DNA from: an uncultured Acidobacteriota bacterium
GTDB lineage: Bacteria > Acidobacteriota > Vicinamibacteria > Vicinamibacterales > SCN-69-37
Assembly: GCA_963780895.1 (NCBI GenBank)
Contig: CAWAEG010000009.1
Span: 88,025-152,024, forward strand
Direction of reading: 5' to 3'
Length of the DNA stretch: 64,000 nt
This document shows, piece by piece, positions 31,556 through 42,109 of the stretch. The notes beneath the pieces are model-generated. The model was not told the DNA's origin and did no database searches. It saw nothing but the letters and a program-made list of their open reading frames with translations. The first letter of the stretch is position 1. The number at the start of each line of letters is the position of its first letter. The translations under genes and the position numbers were made by a program.

Positions 31556-31942
31556 TTATGCGGAAACTTCAATCCGTTCGGCGTCGCCCCACAGCCGCTC
31601 GAGCGCGTAGAACTCGCGCGTCGCGGGCGTGAAGACGTGGAAGATGAAGTCGAAGTAGTCGATGAGGATCCACTCGGCGCGATCGTAGCCCTCGACGAGC
31701 GCCGGCTTCGTGCCGGCGCGCCCGAGCGCCTGCTGCACGGCGTCGGCAATCGCCTGCACCTGCCGGATGTTCGCCCCCGTGCAGATGACGAAGAAGTCGG
31801 TGAACGCCGACGCCTTCCGCAGGTCGAGGACGAGCACGTCGAGCGCTTTCTTCTCGAGCGCGGCGGTGATTCCGGCGGTCAAATCCGACGACAGGCGAGG
31901 CGTGGCGGGTCGTTTGCGCGGGCGTTTCGGCGTTGGCGTCAT
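31556..31942 (-). CDS. rsfS: Ribosomal silencing factor RsfS (iojap-like).
   Basis: LEKKALDVLVLDLRKASAFTDFFVICTGANIRQVQAIADAV...WILIDYFDFIFHVF. ATGA overlap with nadD. Confidence 0.9.
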   Translation of the reverse strand: MTPTPKRPRKRPATPRLSSDLTAGITAALEKKALDVLVLDLRKASAFTDFFVICTGANIRQVQAIADAVQQALGRAGTKPALVEGYDRAEWILIDYFDFIFHVFTPATREFYALERLWGDAERIEVSA

Positions 31943-32568
31943 GCGAGGTACAGGTTCTGCCTTTCGATGTACGTCTTGACCGCGGGCGCGACAAGGCCGT
32001 CGATGGACTCGCCGCGCGTTCGACGCTCGCGCACGTCGGTCGACGAGACCGGCGCCGTCGGAGCATCAACAAGAAAGATACCGGGTCTGGAGGGGATCTC
32101 ACACGGAGTTTCGATCATCCTTCCGGCGAGCGTGGGGAGCAGTCCCCGCAGCAGGGGCGCGGCGCAGCCGGGCCGCGAAACGACCACGAAGTGCGTGCGA
32201 TCGAGGATGGCGGGGTAGTCCTTCCACGTGGCGATGTCGCGAAACGCGTCGGCGCCCGTGATGAAAAACAGTCTCGCAGGATCGATACCGGCCGCGGCGA
32301 GCCGATCGAGCGTCGCCAGAGGTATAGGACGGACCGTCAGCCTCCATCTCGAAGTCGGACACGACCAGTCCCGGCCGGTCCTGCGCGGCCAGCGCCGCCA
32401 TCGCGAAACGGTGTGAGGCGGAGGCGGTCGGGGGGCTCCGATGCGGCGGCCAACGCGCAGGCATGACCTGCACTTCGTCGAGCCCCAGCGCCCGCCTGGC
32501 GGCTTCCGCGACGTCGAGATGACCGAGATGAATCGGATCGAACGTCCCACCGAAGATGCCCGTCCGCA

Positions 32569-32569
<1 letters not shown>
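31939..32569 (-). pseudogene. nadD: Nicotinate-nucleotide adenylyltransferase. Frame break at ~32320.
   Basis: MRTGIFGGTFDPIHLGHLDVAEAA...DFEMEADGPSYT is in the frame of ORF 32099..33502. LATLDRLAAAGIDPARLFFITGADAF...VSSTDVRER is in ORF 31939..32550. The start overlaps the obg stop. Confidence 0.85.
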
Positions 32570-33643
<1,074 letters not shown>

Positions 33644-33649
33644 TCGTGC

Positions 33650-33910
33650 TCAGTGTTCGACGGGCTCGATGCTGATGACCCGCCCGTGCGCGCCGTGATC
33701 GGAGAACTTCACCCGTCCCGCGATTTTCGCGAACAGCGTGTCGTCTTTGCCGCGGCCGACGTTCAGGCCCGGCCGGAACCGCCGCCCGCGCTGGCGGACG
33801 AGGATCGAGCCGCCGGTGACGAGGTTGCCGTCGAACCGCTTGACGCCCAGGCGCTGCGAGTTGCTGTCGCGTCCGTTCCGCGAACTGCCTTGTCCCTTTT
33901 TATGTGCCAT
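33650..33910 (-). CDS. rpmA: 50S ribosomal protein L27.
   Basis: [28 protein letters not shown]... Confidence 0.95.
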   Translation of the reverse strand: MAHKKGQGSSRNGRDSNSQRLGVKRFDGNLVTGGSILVRQRGRRFRPGLNVGRGKDDTLFAKIAGRVKFSDHGAHGRVISIEPVEH

Positions 33911-33921
33911 GACGGCTTTCC

Positions 33922-34233
33922 TTAGACGTTGATGCTCTTGACCTGGACGCGCGTCTGGTGCGAGCGGTGGCCCTTGGTCCGGCGGTACTGCTTGCGCCGC
34001 TTCATCTTGAAGACGCGGATCTTCTTGCCCTTGGTCTCTTCCAGCACGACGCCGGTCACCGAGGCGCCGGCGACGTACGGCGTGCCGACGACGACGTGGT
34101 CGCCGGTTTCGACGATGAGGACCTTGTCGAAGGTCACTTCCGAACCGGCATCGGCCCCGAGTCGGTCGACGACGACGACCGCCCCTTCCGTGACTTTTTC
34201 CTGCCGGCCGCCGGTGTCAACGATTGCGAACAT
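33922..34233 (-). CDS. rplU: 50S ribosomal protein L21.
   Basis: [25 protein letters not shown]...[24 protein letters not shown]. The internal ATG at 34233 is preferred. Confidence 0.9.
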   Translation of the reverse strand: MFAIVDTGGRQEKVTEGAVVVVDRLGADAGSEVTFDKVLIVETGDHVVVGTPYVAGASVTGVVLEETKGKKIRVFKMKRRKQYRRTKGHRSHQTRVQVKSINV

Positions 34234-34353
34234 GTCCCATGCTCCCGCCTGCGCCAAGGCTTCGGCGAGGCCCGCGGACGCGGGCCCTCAGACTGACGTA
34301 CGCACGGCGGCGCGTTTCCGGCCGTGCCAGAACACATAAGCGTAGCACACCCC

Positions 34354-34410
34354 CACCTCGGGTTTCCTTTTCCTGGTGGTGCTCTTCGGAGGAAAAGGAA
34401 ACCCGAGGTG
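34354..34410. repeat. ACCTCGGGTTTC hairpin family, copy 3.
   Basis: cacctcgggtttcctttt - loop - aaaaggaaacccgaggtg, upstream of rplU. A second small hairpin, ctcagttc-N8-gaactgag, follows at 34414-34437. Confidence 0.8.
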
Positions 34411-34475
34411 TTCCTCAGTTCACTGACCGGAACTGAGCGACTCCCGGCGGTGCGACAGGTGTGACGTGAAAAGAC

Positions 34476-35249
34476 CTACTTCAGCAGAATCCGCGTGCCT
34501 TTGATCTTCTGCGTGCTGAGCGTGTTCAGGAAGCCCGGCAGGAGCTTGTCCATCAGCTCGAAGTACGACGAGAGCGCCGGCGTGTTCTGGTTTTCCTGAT
34601 ACAGCGCCTCTTCGTGGAACGACTCCGAGTACAGCTGCGCGCCGGTCCGGCCGTCGATGAAGACGAACTTCGGCGTCAACGCGAAGCCTTTCATGTTGCT
34701 GAACTGCCGCTGCTCGACGTAGCGCGTGATGCCGCGGTCGTCGATGAACGGCTGGGCGCGCGAGACCATGCCGCTCTTCGCGACTTCCGTGAACAGCACG
34801 GAGCCGGTGACGATGAGCGGTCCCTGATACTCCTCGCCGATCTTCTTCCAGAACTCCACGTCCGCGAAGATCTTTTCGTACTCCTGGAGATCCTTCTCGT
34901 TCTTGATCTTCGGTTCATCGGAGGGTGTGTCGCCCTGGGGCGCCGACCCGTTGCCGGCGCCGCGCCGGCGATCCACTTCGTCGACGAGCGTCAGCACGTC
35001 GGCGTCGATGACCTTGAGCTCCGACTTCGTGCGGAGCTGGCTGCGGAGCAGCCGCGCCGTCTCGGTGTTCGGATCGATGTTCTTCGAGCCGCCGCCGAGG
35101 AAGCCGGCGACGAGCACGCGCTGGAACGGCGTGACGTCGAGCTTCGCCTGGATCGGCGTCTCGACGGCGATTTCGTAGAAGCTCAGGCACCCGGCCGACG
35201 CCAACGCGGCGACGACACTACCGATCGCGGCGACGGTTCTGACGGTCAT
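34476..35249 (-). CDS. Hypothetical lipoprotein.
   Basis: 257-aa ORF with lipobox ALASAGCLS. I recognise no motif. It overlaps the upstream TPR gene by 32 nt. Confidence 0.6.
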   Translation of the reverse strand: MTVRTVAAIGSVVAALASAGCLSFYEIAVETPIQAKLDVTPFQRVLVAGFLGGGSKNIDPNTETARLLRSQLRTKSELKVIDADVLTLVDEVDRRRGAGNGSAPQGDTPSDEPKIKNEKDLQEYEKIFADVEFWKKIGEEYQGPLIVTGSVLFTEVAKSGMVSRAQPFIDDRGITRYVEQRQFSNMKGFALTPKFVFIDGRTGAQLYSESFHEEALYQENQNTPALSSYFELMDKLLPGFLNTLSTQKIKGTRILLK

Positions 35250-35571
35250 AGATTTCCCTGAAGAGATCGTAGTTGTTGCGGATGAACGTGTTGCTCGGCT
35301 CGAGCTCCAGCGCCGTCTCGTAGGCTTTCCGCGCCTCGTCGAATCGGCCGAGCTGCTCGTACGCGATGCCGAGGTTGTTCCAGGCGCCGCCGTACGTCTT
35401 GTCGATCTCGATCGCTTTTTCGAAGCGGTACACCGCTTCCTTCCAGAGATTCTTCTGGGCGACGCGGATGCCGAAGTCCACTTGCGCTTTCGCGTCCGAC
35501 CGCCGGTCCGCCAGGGCGGGTGCCGACATGAGGGCGACGAGAGCCGCCACGAGCCAGAGCCTGGTTCTCAT
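35218..35571 (-). CDS. Small secreted TPR-repeat protein.
   Basis: Signal peptide MRTRLWLVAALVALMSAPALA, then TPR-like AWNNLGIAYEQLGRFDEARKAYETALELEP. Confidence 0.7.
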   Translation of the reverse strand: MRTRLWLVAALVALMSAPALADRRSDAKAQVDFGIRVAQKNLWKEAVYRFEKAIEIDKTYGGAWNNLGIAYEQLGRFDEARKAYETALELEPSNTFIRNNYDLFREIYDRQNRRRDR

Positions 35572-35811
35572 GGAGTCTGCTCAAAATATAGCGCCGTCGC
35601 GCTGGCGAGCGACACCAAAATCGGGTGTCGAAGGCGACGAAGATCGATGAGATTTTTGCAAGACCGCTGCCGCGGGACGTTGCAGTTTTCACGCACCGGG
35701 ACCGGCTTTGCCGGCGGATTTCACTTTCGAACCGTGGCATGGCCACTGCATTTCACGGCGCTTTCAGTGGCGGCCGACCGACTCCTTCGCCCGGGCTCCG
35801 GCATCGAAGAG

Positions 35812-36872
35812 ATGGTGGCCCTCTCGCTCCTGAGGCCGGGGCCAGACACCGCGGCCGCCCGGCACTTCAAGGATCTCGCCGAAGCCGGCGCCTTGTCACT
35901 GGGGAAACTCGCGGAACGGCTCGAAAGACGGCCCGGCGCGCGGGCCACGCTCATCCAGCGCGCCAGGCTGCTCGCCGGCCCGGCGCTGGCCGAAGCGGCC
36001 CGGCTGGGCTTGTCGATTCTGACCCAGCCGTCACCCGACTACCCGGACCGGCTTCGCCAGATTCCCGACCCGCCAATCGTCTTGTGGGTCCGCGGCGAAC
36101 GAGAGAGTGTCCACGGGCCCGCGGTGGCGATCGTCGGATCCCGGTCCGCGACCCCGACCGGCATCGCCGTGTCTGTGCGCCTGGGCCGCGAGCTGGCCGA
36201 GGCGGGGCTCGTGGTCGTCAGCGGGCTCGCGCGCGGCATCGACGGCGCGGCGCATCGCGGCGCGCTCGACGCGGGCGGCCGCACGCTCGGCGTGCTGGGG
36301 AGCGGCGTGGACGTGATCTATCCGCGCCAGCACGCGGCGCTCGCCGAGGAGATGCGCGCGCGCGGCGCGATCGTGAGCGAACTGGCGCCGGGCACTCCGC
36401 CGCGCGCGGGACACTTCCCGCTGCGCAATCGCATCATCAGCGGTCTCGCGCACGCGGTCGTCGTCGTGGAGGCGTCCGAGCGGAGCGGTTCGCTGATCAC
36501 CGCGCGCGCGGCGCTCGAGCAGGGTCGCGACGTGCTGGCCGTGCCCGGCAACGTGATCTCCGGGCGCCACCGGGGCTGCCATGCTCTCATAAAGGATGGA
36601 GCGCGACTGGTCGAGACTGTAGACGACGTACTCGACGAGCTGAAGTGGCCCGCCTCTGCCAAAGCTCGGCGAGGCTCGCCACGCCCGAACCGGCGGTGAC
36701 GTTGCAATTGAGCGGCCTGGAAGGAACAATGGCCGCCGGTGAGCCCTACAGCGTTGACGAATTGGCGCAGGCGACGGGCCGCCCCGTACACGAACTGCTC
36801 GCGGAGCTCGGGGCCCTCGAGATGGCCGGACGCGTCGCGCGACGGGCAGGCAGCGTCTTTGTCAGAACTTGA
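35812..36872 (+). pseudogene. dprA: DNA-processing protein DprA (Smf). Frame break at ~36650-36700; the start is uncertain.
   Basis: VAIVGSRSATPTGIAV, GLARGIDGAAHRGAL and FPLRNRIISGL are in ORF 35482..36699. The C-terminal winged-helix-like YSVDELAQATGRPVHELLAELGALEMAGRV is readable only in the frame of ORF 35625..36872. The phases differ as for one missing base. Confidence 0.8.
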
Positions 36873-36908
36873 CGCGTCTGGTATGGGTACTAAGAGCACG
36901 TGCAACGT

Positions 36909-37003
36909 GGAACTCAAAACTGAGAACTGAGGACTCTGCAACACTTGCCCGACGTGGGAGCATGCTCTAAGTTCTGAGTTCCAGGTTCTGAGTTCTGAGT
37001 TTC
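36909..37003. repeat. Heptamer-word hairpin (gaactca/gaactga arms) just upstream of topA.
   Basis: Left arm ggaactcaaaactgagaactgaggactc pairs with right arm aagttctgagttccaggttctgagttctgagtttc across a ~32-nt loop. Confidence 0.75.
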
Positions 37004-37032
37004 AACGACAGGGCTCCAGACAAAGGAGAGAT

Positions 37033-39483
37033 GTGGCAAAGGTACTCGTGGTCGTCGAATCGCCGGCGAAGGCGAAGACGATCAACAAATATCTCGGACG
37101 CGACTACAAAGTCATCGCGTCGATGGGCCATGTCCGCGACCTGCCCAAGAGCAAGCTCGGCGTCGACGTGGACGCCGGTTTCGAACCGGAATACGTCGTC
37201 CTTCCCGACCGCGTGAAGGTCATCAAGGAGCTCAAGGACGCGGCGAAGAGCGCCACCGACATCTACGTCGCGACCGACCCTGATCGCGAAGGCGAAGCGA
37301 TCGGCTGGCATCTGTCCGAGGAGCTCGGCGCGGCGCGCAAGAAAGTGCGCCGTCTGATGTTCAACGAGATCACGAAGAAGGCGATCCTCGAGGCGATCAA
37401 GCACCCGGGCGAGATCGACATGAAGATGGTCGACGCGCAGCAGGCGCGGCGCGTGCTCGATCGCCTGGTCGGCTACAAAATCAGCCCCATCCTCTGGGAC
37501 AAGGTGCGTCGCGGCCTCAGCGCGGGCCGCGTCCAGTCGGTCGCGCTCAAGCTCATCTGCGATCGCGAGCGCGAGATCGAAGCGTTCGTGCCCGAGGAGT
37601 ACTGGCACGTCTTCGCGCGACTGGCCGCCGACGAGCCGCCGGAGTTCGACGCGAAGCTCGTCAAGAAGGGCGAGAGCGCCGTCAAAGTCACGAACGACGC
37701 CGAGGCGCAGGCCATCCTGTCGGATCTGTCGGCGGCGACGTTCGTGGTCTCGTCGGTGACGATGAAAGAGCGGAAGAAGCACGCCGTTCCGCCGTTCATC
37801 ACCAGCAAGCTGCAGCAGGCGGCCCGTTTTCCAGTGAAGAAAACGATGATGGTCGCGCAGCAGCTCTACGAAGGCATCGAGCTGCCGGGCGAAGATGCGG
37901 CCGTCGGGTTGATCACGTACATGCGCACCGACTCCGTGCGCGTCGCGGACCAGGCGCTCGACGAGGTTCGCGGGTTCATCGGCGCGCAGTTCGGCGACGC
38001 CTACGTGCCGGAGCAGGCGAACCGCTACCGCGTGAAAGCCACGGCGCAGGACGCGCACGAAGCCATTCGCCCGACGTCGATGAAATATCACCCGGACGAG
38101 GTGCGCGCGCAGCTCACGCCCGACCAGTACTACCTGTACCGGCTGATCTGGAACCGGTTCGTCGCGTCGCAGATGACGCCCGCCACGTTCGACGACACGA
38201 CGGTCGACATCGCCGCCGGCGACTATCTCTTCCGCGCGAAGGGATCCGTGCCGAAGTTCGCAGGCTGGCTTGCCGTGTACGGCCAGGCCACGACCGAGGC
38301 CGAGGAGAGCGAGCGCACCGAGCAGCCGCTGCAGCCCCCCGCGGGACAGACCGATCAGGACGATGAGCCGTCGAGCGCGATTCTGCCGCCGATGCGCGAG
38401 GGACAGATTCTCGACGTCAAGGCCATCCGGCCTGAACAGAAGTTCACGCAGCCACCGGCGCGCTACAGCGAAGCGACGCTCGTGAAAGCGCTCGAAGAAG
38501 ACGGGATCGGCCGCCCCAGCACGTATGCGTCGATCATCTCGGTGCTGCAGGCGCGCGATTACGTGAACAAGGTCGAGAGCCGGTTCCGCCCGACGATCCT
38601 CGGCCGGCGGCTCGTCGATAAGCTGCTGCACCCCGCGTTCGACGACATCCTCGACGTCGAGTACACGGCGAAGATGGAGGAGCAGCTCGACGAGATCGAA
38701 AAGGGCAGGGCGGACTACAAGGAAACGCTCGCCGCGTTCTACCAGAAGTTCAAGAAGGACCTGAAGCGCGCGAGCAAGGAAATGCCGAACTTCAAGGAAG
38801 GGCAGCCGCTCGACCCGCCCATGCCCTGCGACAAGTGCGGGCAGGGTGAGATGGTGGAGAAGGCCGGCCGGTTCGGCATCTTCCTGGCCTGCAGCCGGTA
38901 TCCGGAGTGCGACAACACGAAGGAGCTCGAGACGGCCGAGACGTCCACCGAGGAGCTCGACGAGACGTGCGAGAACTGCGGGCGGCCGATGGTCGTCAAG
39001 CGCGGCCGCTTCGGCATGTTCCTCGCCTGCACCGGGTATCCCGAGTGCAAGACGACCAGAAAGATCATCTCGACGAAGCAGGGCGTCAAAGCCGCGCAGC
39101 CCGATCAGGTGCTCGACGAGACCTGCCCGAACTGCGGCAAGAACCTCGTCGTGAAGCACGGCCGCTTCGGCGAGTTCACGGCGTGCACGGGCTACCCCGA
39201 GTGCAAATACGTGAAGCTGAAATCGACCGGCGTGATCTGCCCGAAAGACGGTGGCGACATCGTCGAACGCAAGTCGCGCCGCGGGAAAGTGTTCTACGGC
39301 TGCGCCAACTATCCGAAGTGCGACTTCACCCTCTGGAACAAGCCCATCGCCGAGCCGTGCCCCAAATGCGGGTGGAAGTTCCTCACGGAAAAGATCACCA
39401 AGCGCTACGGCCGGCAGCTCATCTGCGCCAACGAGGCGTGCGACTACGTGCGGGCGGAGGAGCTGGCGACGGCGGAGGCGTGA
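37033..39483 (+). CDS. topA: DNA topoisomerase I.
   Basis: 816-aa intact ORF with GTG start after the RBS aaggagag. Toprim motifs VVVESPAKAKTI and DPDREGE, active-site region ITYMRTDS, and four C-terminal Cys4 ribbons. Confidence 0.95.
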   Translation: MAKVLVVVESPAKAKTINKYLGRDYKVIASMGHVRDLPKSKLGVDVDAGFEPEYVVLPDRVKVIKELKDAAKSATDIYVATDPDREGEAIGWHLSEELGAARKKVRRLMFNEITKKAILEAIKHPGEIDMKMVDAQQARRVLDRLVGYKISPILWDKVRRGLSAGRVQSVALKLICDREREIEAFVPEEYWHVFARLAADEPPEFDAKLVKKGESAVKVTNDAEAQAILSDLSAATFVVSSVTMKERKKHAVPPFITSKLQQAARFPVKKTMMVAQQLYEGIELPGEDAAVGLITYMRTDSVRVADQALDEVRGFIGAQFGDAYVPEQANRYRVKATAQDAHEAIRPTSMKYHPDEVRAQLTPDQYYLYRLIWNRFVASQMTPATFDDTTVDIAAGDYLFRAKGSVPKFAGWLAVYGQATTEAEESERTEQPLQPPAGQTDQDDEPSSAILPPMREGQILDVKAIRPEQKFTQPPARYSEATLVKALEEDGIGRPSTYASIISVLQARDYVNKVESRFRPTILGRRLVDKLLHPAFDDILDVEYTAKMEEQLDEIEKGRADYKETLAAFYQKFKKDLKRASKEMPNFKEGQPLDPPMPCDKCGQGEMVEKAGRFGIFLACSRYPECDNTKELETAETSTEELDETCENCGRPMVVKRGRFGMFLACTGYPECKTTRKIISTKQGVKAAQPDQVLDETCPNCGKNLVVKHGRFGEFTACTGYPECKYVKLKSTGVICPKDGGDIVERKSRRGKVFYGCANYPKCDFTLWNKPIAEPCPKCGWKFLTEKITKRYGRQLICANEACDYVRAEELATAEA

Positions 39484-39495
39484 GAGGCTCGCGAC

Positions 39496-39530
39496 AGGCC
39501 GAAGGCCTTGGGCCTTTAGCCTTGGGCCTG
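39496..39530. repeat. Heptamer tract (aggccga aggcctt gggcctt tagcctt gggcct) after the topA stop.
   Basis: Read by eye. It contains short self-complementary GGCC cores and may act as a terminator, but no T-run follows. Confidence 0.6.
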
Positions 39531-39555
39531 GACACCATCCCTGTATCATCATCTC

Positions 39556-40995
39556 GTGATCCACATCATCGGCGGCGGGTTGGCTGGCAGCGAGGCCGCG
39601 TGGCAGTCGGCCGCGATGGGCGTCCCGGCGACGATCCACGAGATGCGGCCGATCCAGCCGACCGCCGTCCATCAGACGGATCGGCTCGCTGAGCTCGTCT
39701 GCAGCAATTCGTTCCGCGGCGACAAGCTCGACAACGCGGTCGGGCTGCTCAAAGAGGAAATGCGGCGGCTTGGCTCGCTCGTCATGCAGGTGGCCGACCG
39801 CGTGCGCGTGCCCGCCGGGGCGGCGCTGGCGGTCGATCGCGCGAAGTTCGCGGAGGGCGTCACAGAGGCGATTGAGGCGCACCCGCTGATTCGGGTGGAG
39901 CGCGGCGAGATCGCCCGCATCCCGGCGTCAGACGAGATGTCGCCGGTCATCGTCGCGACGGGCCCGCTCACGTCGGAGGGACTCTCCGCCGGCATCGCGG
40001 CATTCGTCGGCCAAGATCACCTGGCGTTCTTCGACGCGATCAGTCCGATCGTGCTGGCCGAGACGATCGACATGTCGAAGGTGTTCCGGCAGTCGAGGTG
40101 GGACCGATCGCTGCCGTTGATTGAGGGCGCGGCCCGACGAGATAACTCAGACGCAAGATCACGGACGGGCACGTTGCCGACGTCTGGGACAGGTCTTGAA
40201 GGGCGAGACCTGTCCCCGAGCGTGCGGGATCGGATCCCACCTGAGGGGGACTACCTCAATTGCCCCCTCAGCAGAGACGAGTACCTCGCCTTCCACAACG
40301 CGATCGTGACCGCCGAAAAGGCAGCTGTACACGACTTCGATCGGACCAAGTTCTTCGAAGGCTGTCTGCCCGTCGAAGTGATGGCGCACCGCGGCGTCGA
40401 TACGCTCCGATTCGGCCCGATGAAGCCGGCCGGGTTGACCGATCCGCGCACGGGCCGCTGGCCGTACGCCGTCGTGCAGCTGAGACAAGACACGCTGGCG
40501 GGCGATCACTACAGCCTCGTCGGTTTTCAGACGCAGCTCAAATGGGGCGAGCAGGCGCGCGTGCTGCGGATGATCCCTGGACTCGAGCAGGCCGAGTTCG
40601 TCCGCTTCGGCATGATCCACCGCAACACGTACATCAACGCGCCGACGGTGCTCACCGAGACCTGGCAGACGCGGCAGCGCCCGGACCTGTTTTTCGCGGG
40701 CCAGGTGTCGGGCGTCGAAGGCTATGTCGAGTCGGCGGCGTCCGGTCTCATCGCAGGCCGCAACGCCGCCCGCCTGGTTCTCGGCAAGCCCGCGATCGCG
40801 CCGCCACGCACCACCGCCATCGGCGCCCTCGGTTACTACGTCGCGCACGCCGATCCGCGGCACTACGATCCGTCGAACATCACGTTCGGCATCATTCCGC
40901 CGCTCGCCTCGCCGCCCAGAAGCCGCCAGGAGCGCCAGCTGGCCACGAGCCGCCGCGCGCTCGCCGACCTCGAGCGATGGGCGCATCGAATGTAG
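39556..40995 (+). CDS. trmFO: Methylenetetrahydrofolate-tRNA-(uracil-5)-methyltransferase TrmFO (Gid), carrying a ~45-aa internal insertion.
   Basis: IIGGGLAGSEAAW, ELVCSNSFRGD, DYLNCPLSRDEY. Intact 479-aa ORF. Confidence 0.9.
   Translation: MIHIIGGGLAGSEAAWQSAAMGVPATIHEMRPIQPTAVHQTDRLAELVCSNSFRGDKLDNAVGLLKEEMRRLGSLVMQVADRVRVPAGAALAVDRAKFAEGVTEAIEAHPLIRVERGEIARIPASDEMSPVIVATGPLTSEGLSAGIAAFVGQDHLAFFDAISPIVLAETIDMSKVFRQSRWDRSLPLIEGAARRDNSDARSRTGTLPTSGTGLEGRDLSPSVRDRIPPEGDYLNCPLSRDEYLAFHNAIVTAEKAAVHDFDRTKFFEGCLPVEVMAHRGVDTLRFGPMKPAGLTDPRTGRWPYAVVQLRQDTLAGDHYSLVGFQTQLKWGEQARVLRMIPGLEQAEFVRFGMIHRNTYINAPTVLTETWQTRQRPDLFFAGQVSGVEGYVESAASGLIAGRNAARLVLGKPAIAPPRTTAIGALGYYVAHADPRHYDPSNITFGIIPPLASPPRSRQERQLATSRRALADLERWAHRM
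40095..40243. repeat. Structured palindromic insertion, in frame within trmFO.
   Basis: Outer inverted repeat gaggtgggaccgatcg (40095-40110) / gatcggatcccacctg (40228-40243). Inner perfect hairpin gggacaggtct-N9-agacctgtccc (40186-40216). It encodes the non-conserved LPLIEGAARRDNSDARSRTGTLPTSGTGLEGRDLSPSVRDRIPPEG. Confidence 0.7.
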
Positions 40996-41062
40996 CCTTG
41001 CGCTCCAGGCGGCCAGCTCATGACGATGTTGCTCTTCAATAGATCGATAGAGCGATAGATCG

Positions 41063-42085
41063 ATGTCAGCGCGAGACGCCGTTCAGGATCAGACGAGAAA
41101 CTTCCTGTCGTTTCTCCGCTTCAACCGGAACGTGTCTCCTCATACGCTGCGGGCCTACGAGACCGACCTCGCCCAGCTCGTCGATCACCTGGCCGGTCGC
41201 GACGGGTGCCCGCCGAGCGCGGTGACGCTCGCGCGGTTCGACGTGGACGGCGTGCGGGGGTTTCTCGAAGAGCTGCACGACCGCGGCAACAGCCGATCGT
41301 CGTCGGCGCGCCGGCTGGCGGCGTGCCGCACCTTTGCCCGGTACCTCATTCGCGAAGAGCTGATCGAGGACGACCCGACTGCGCTCGTCGGCGCGCCGCG
41401 AAAAGATCAGACGCTGCCTTCGCATCTGCCTGCCGACGACATGGAGCGGCTGCTGGCGGAGCCCGACACGGACACCGTCGGCGGCCGCCGCGATCGCGCG
41501 ATTCTGGAGCTGTTTTACGCCTCCGGTCTGCGTCTCAGCGAGCTGGTCGGGCTCGACCTCGAAGACACCAATCTTTCGAGCCGCGTCGTTCGCGTGCGCG
41601 GGAAGGGCGGCAAGGAGCGGCTGGTGCCCTTCAACAGGTCCGCCACCGACGCCATCCGCTCGATGCTGGCGGATGGGAAGGGCAAAGGGCAAAGGGCAGA
41701 GGGCAGAGGAGAGGGGAAAGGGACGAGGGAAAAGGGGAGGTTCGGACCGGGCGCGAGATTCAGCCGGCACGACCCGCGGCGCCAGCCGCTGTTCCTCAAT
41801 CTGCGCGGGCAGCGGTTGACGACCCGAAGCGTCGATCGCATCGTGCGGCGGTATGTGAAGCAGGCTGCGCTCACCGGCGCGATCAGCCCCCATGCACTGC
41901 GCCACACGTTCGCGACACATCTGCTGCAGGCCGGCGCCGATCTGCGTGCGATTCAGGAGCTGCTCGGCCATGCGCGGCTCAGCACCACGCAGCGCTACAC
42001 CCACCTCGACGTCGGACGACTGATGGAGGTCTACAAGAACGCGCACCCGCGGGCCCGGCGTTCATCGCGGCCAAGACCTGATTGA
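41063..42085 (+). CDS. xerC: Tyrosine recombinase XerC/XerD family.
   Basis: LSPHTLRAYETDL, LRLSELVGL, VRGKGGKERLVP, HALRHTFATHLL, LGHARLSTTQRYTHL. Confidence 0.9.
   Translation: MSARDAVQDQTRNFLSFLRFNRNVSPHTLRAYETDLAQLVDHLAGRDGCPPSAVTLARFDVDGVRGFLEELHDRGNSRSSSARRLAACRTFARYLIREELIEDDPTALVGAPRKDQTLPSHLPADDMERLLAEPDTDTVGGRRDRAILELFYASGLRLSELVGLDLEDTNLSSRVVRVRGKGGKERLVPFNRSATDAIRSMLADGKGKGQRAEGRGEGKGTREKGRFGPGARFSRHDPRRQPLFLNLRGQRLTTRSVDRIVRRYVKQAALTGAISPHALRHTFATHLLQAGADLRAIQELLGHARLSTTQRYTHLDVGRLMEVYKNAHPRARRSSRPRPD
41675..41740. repeat. Purine-rich heptamer tract (aagggca x3, gagggca, degenerating) in frame inside xerC.
   Basis: gggaagggcaaagggcaaagggcagagggcagaggagaggggaaaggg... encodes GKGKGQRAEGRGEGKGTREKG, in a loop that is variable in the family. 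Confidence 0.75.
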
Positions 42086-42109
42086 AGAGGTCGCGGCCCA
42101 ACACCCTTC

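Noticed and set aside
36967-39882. 971-aa ORF on the minus strand, one of several very long antisense ORFs. Others include 24531..26114, 44542..46509, 47220..48788, 55881..57224, 58958..60298 and 13724..15214.
   Set aside because: All lie opposite genes with complete conserved motifs (topA, uvrA, regulator/kinase, ABC-F, hslU and others). Their translations are Arg/Asp/Leu/Pro-rich with no motifs. This is the usual stop-codon-poor antisense artefact of GC-rich DNA.
41063-42085. The tyrosine recombinase as a phage or island integrase marking a mobile element.
   Set aside because: It sits in the conserved dprA-topA-trmFO-xerC context and has a XerC/D-like length and motifs. I found no att-like direct repeats and no phage genes.
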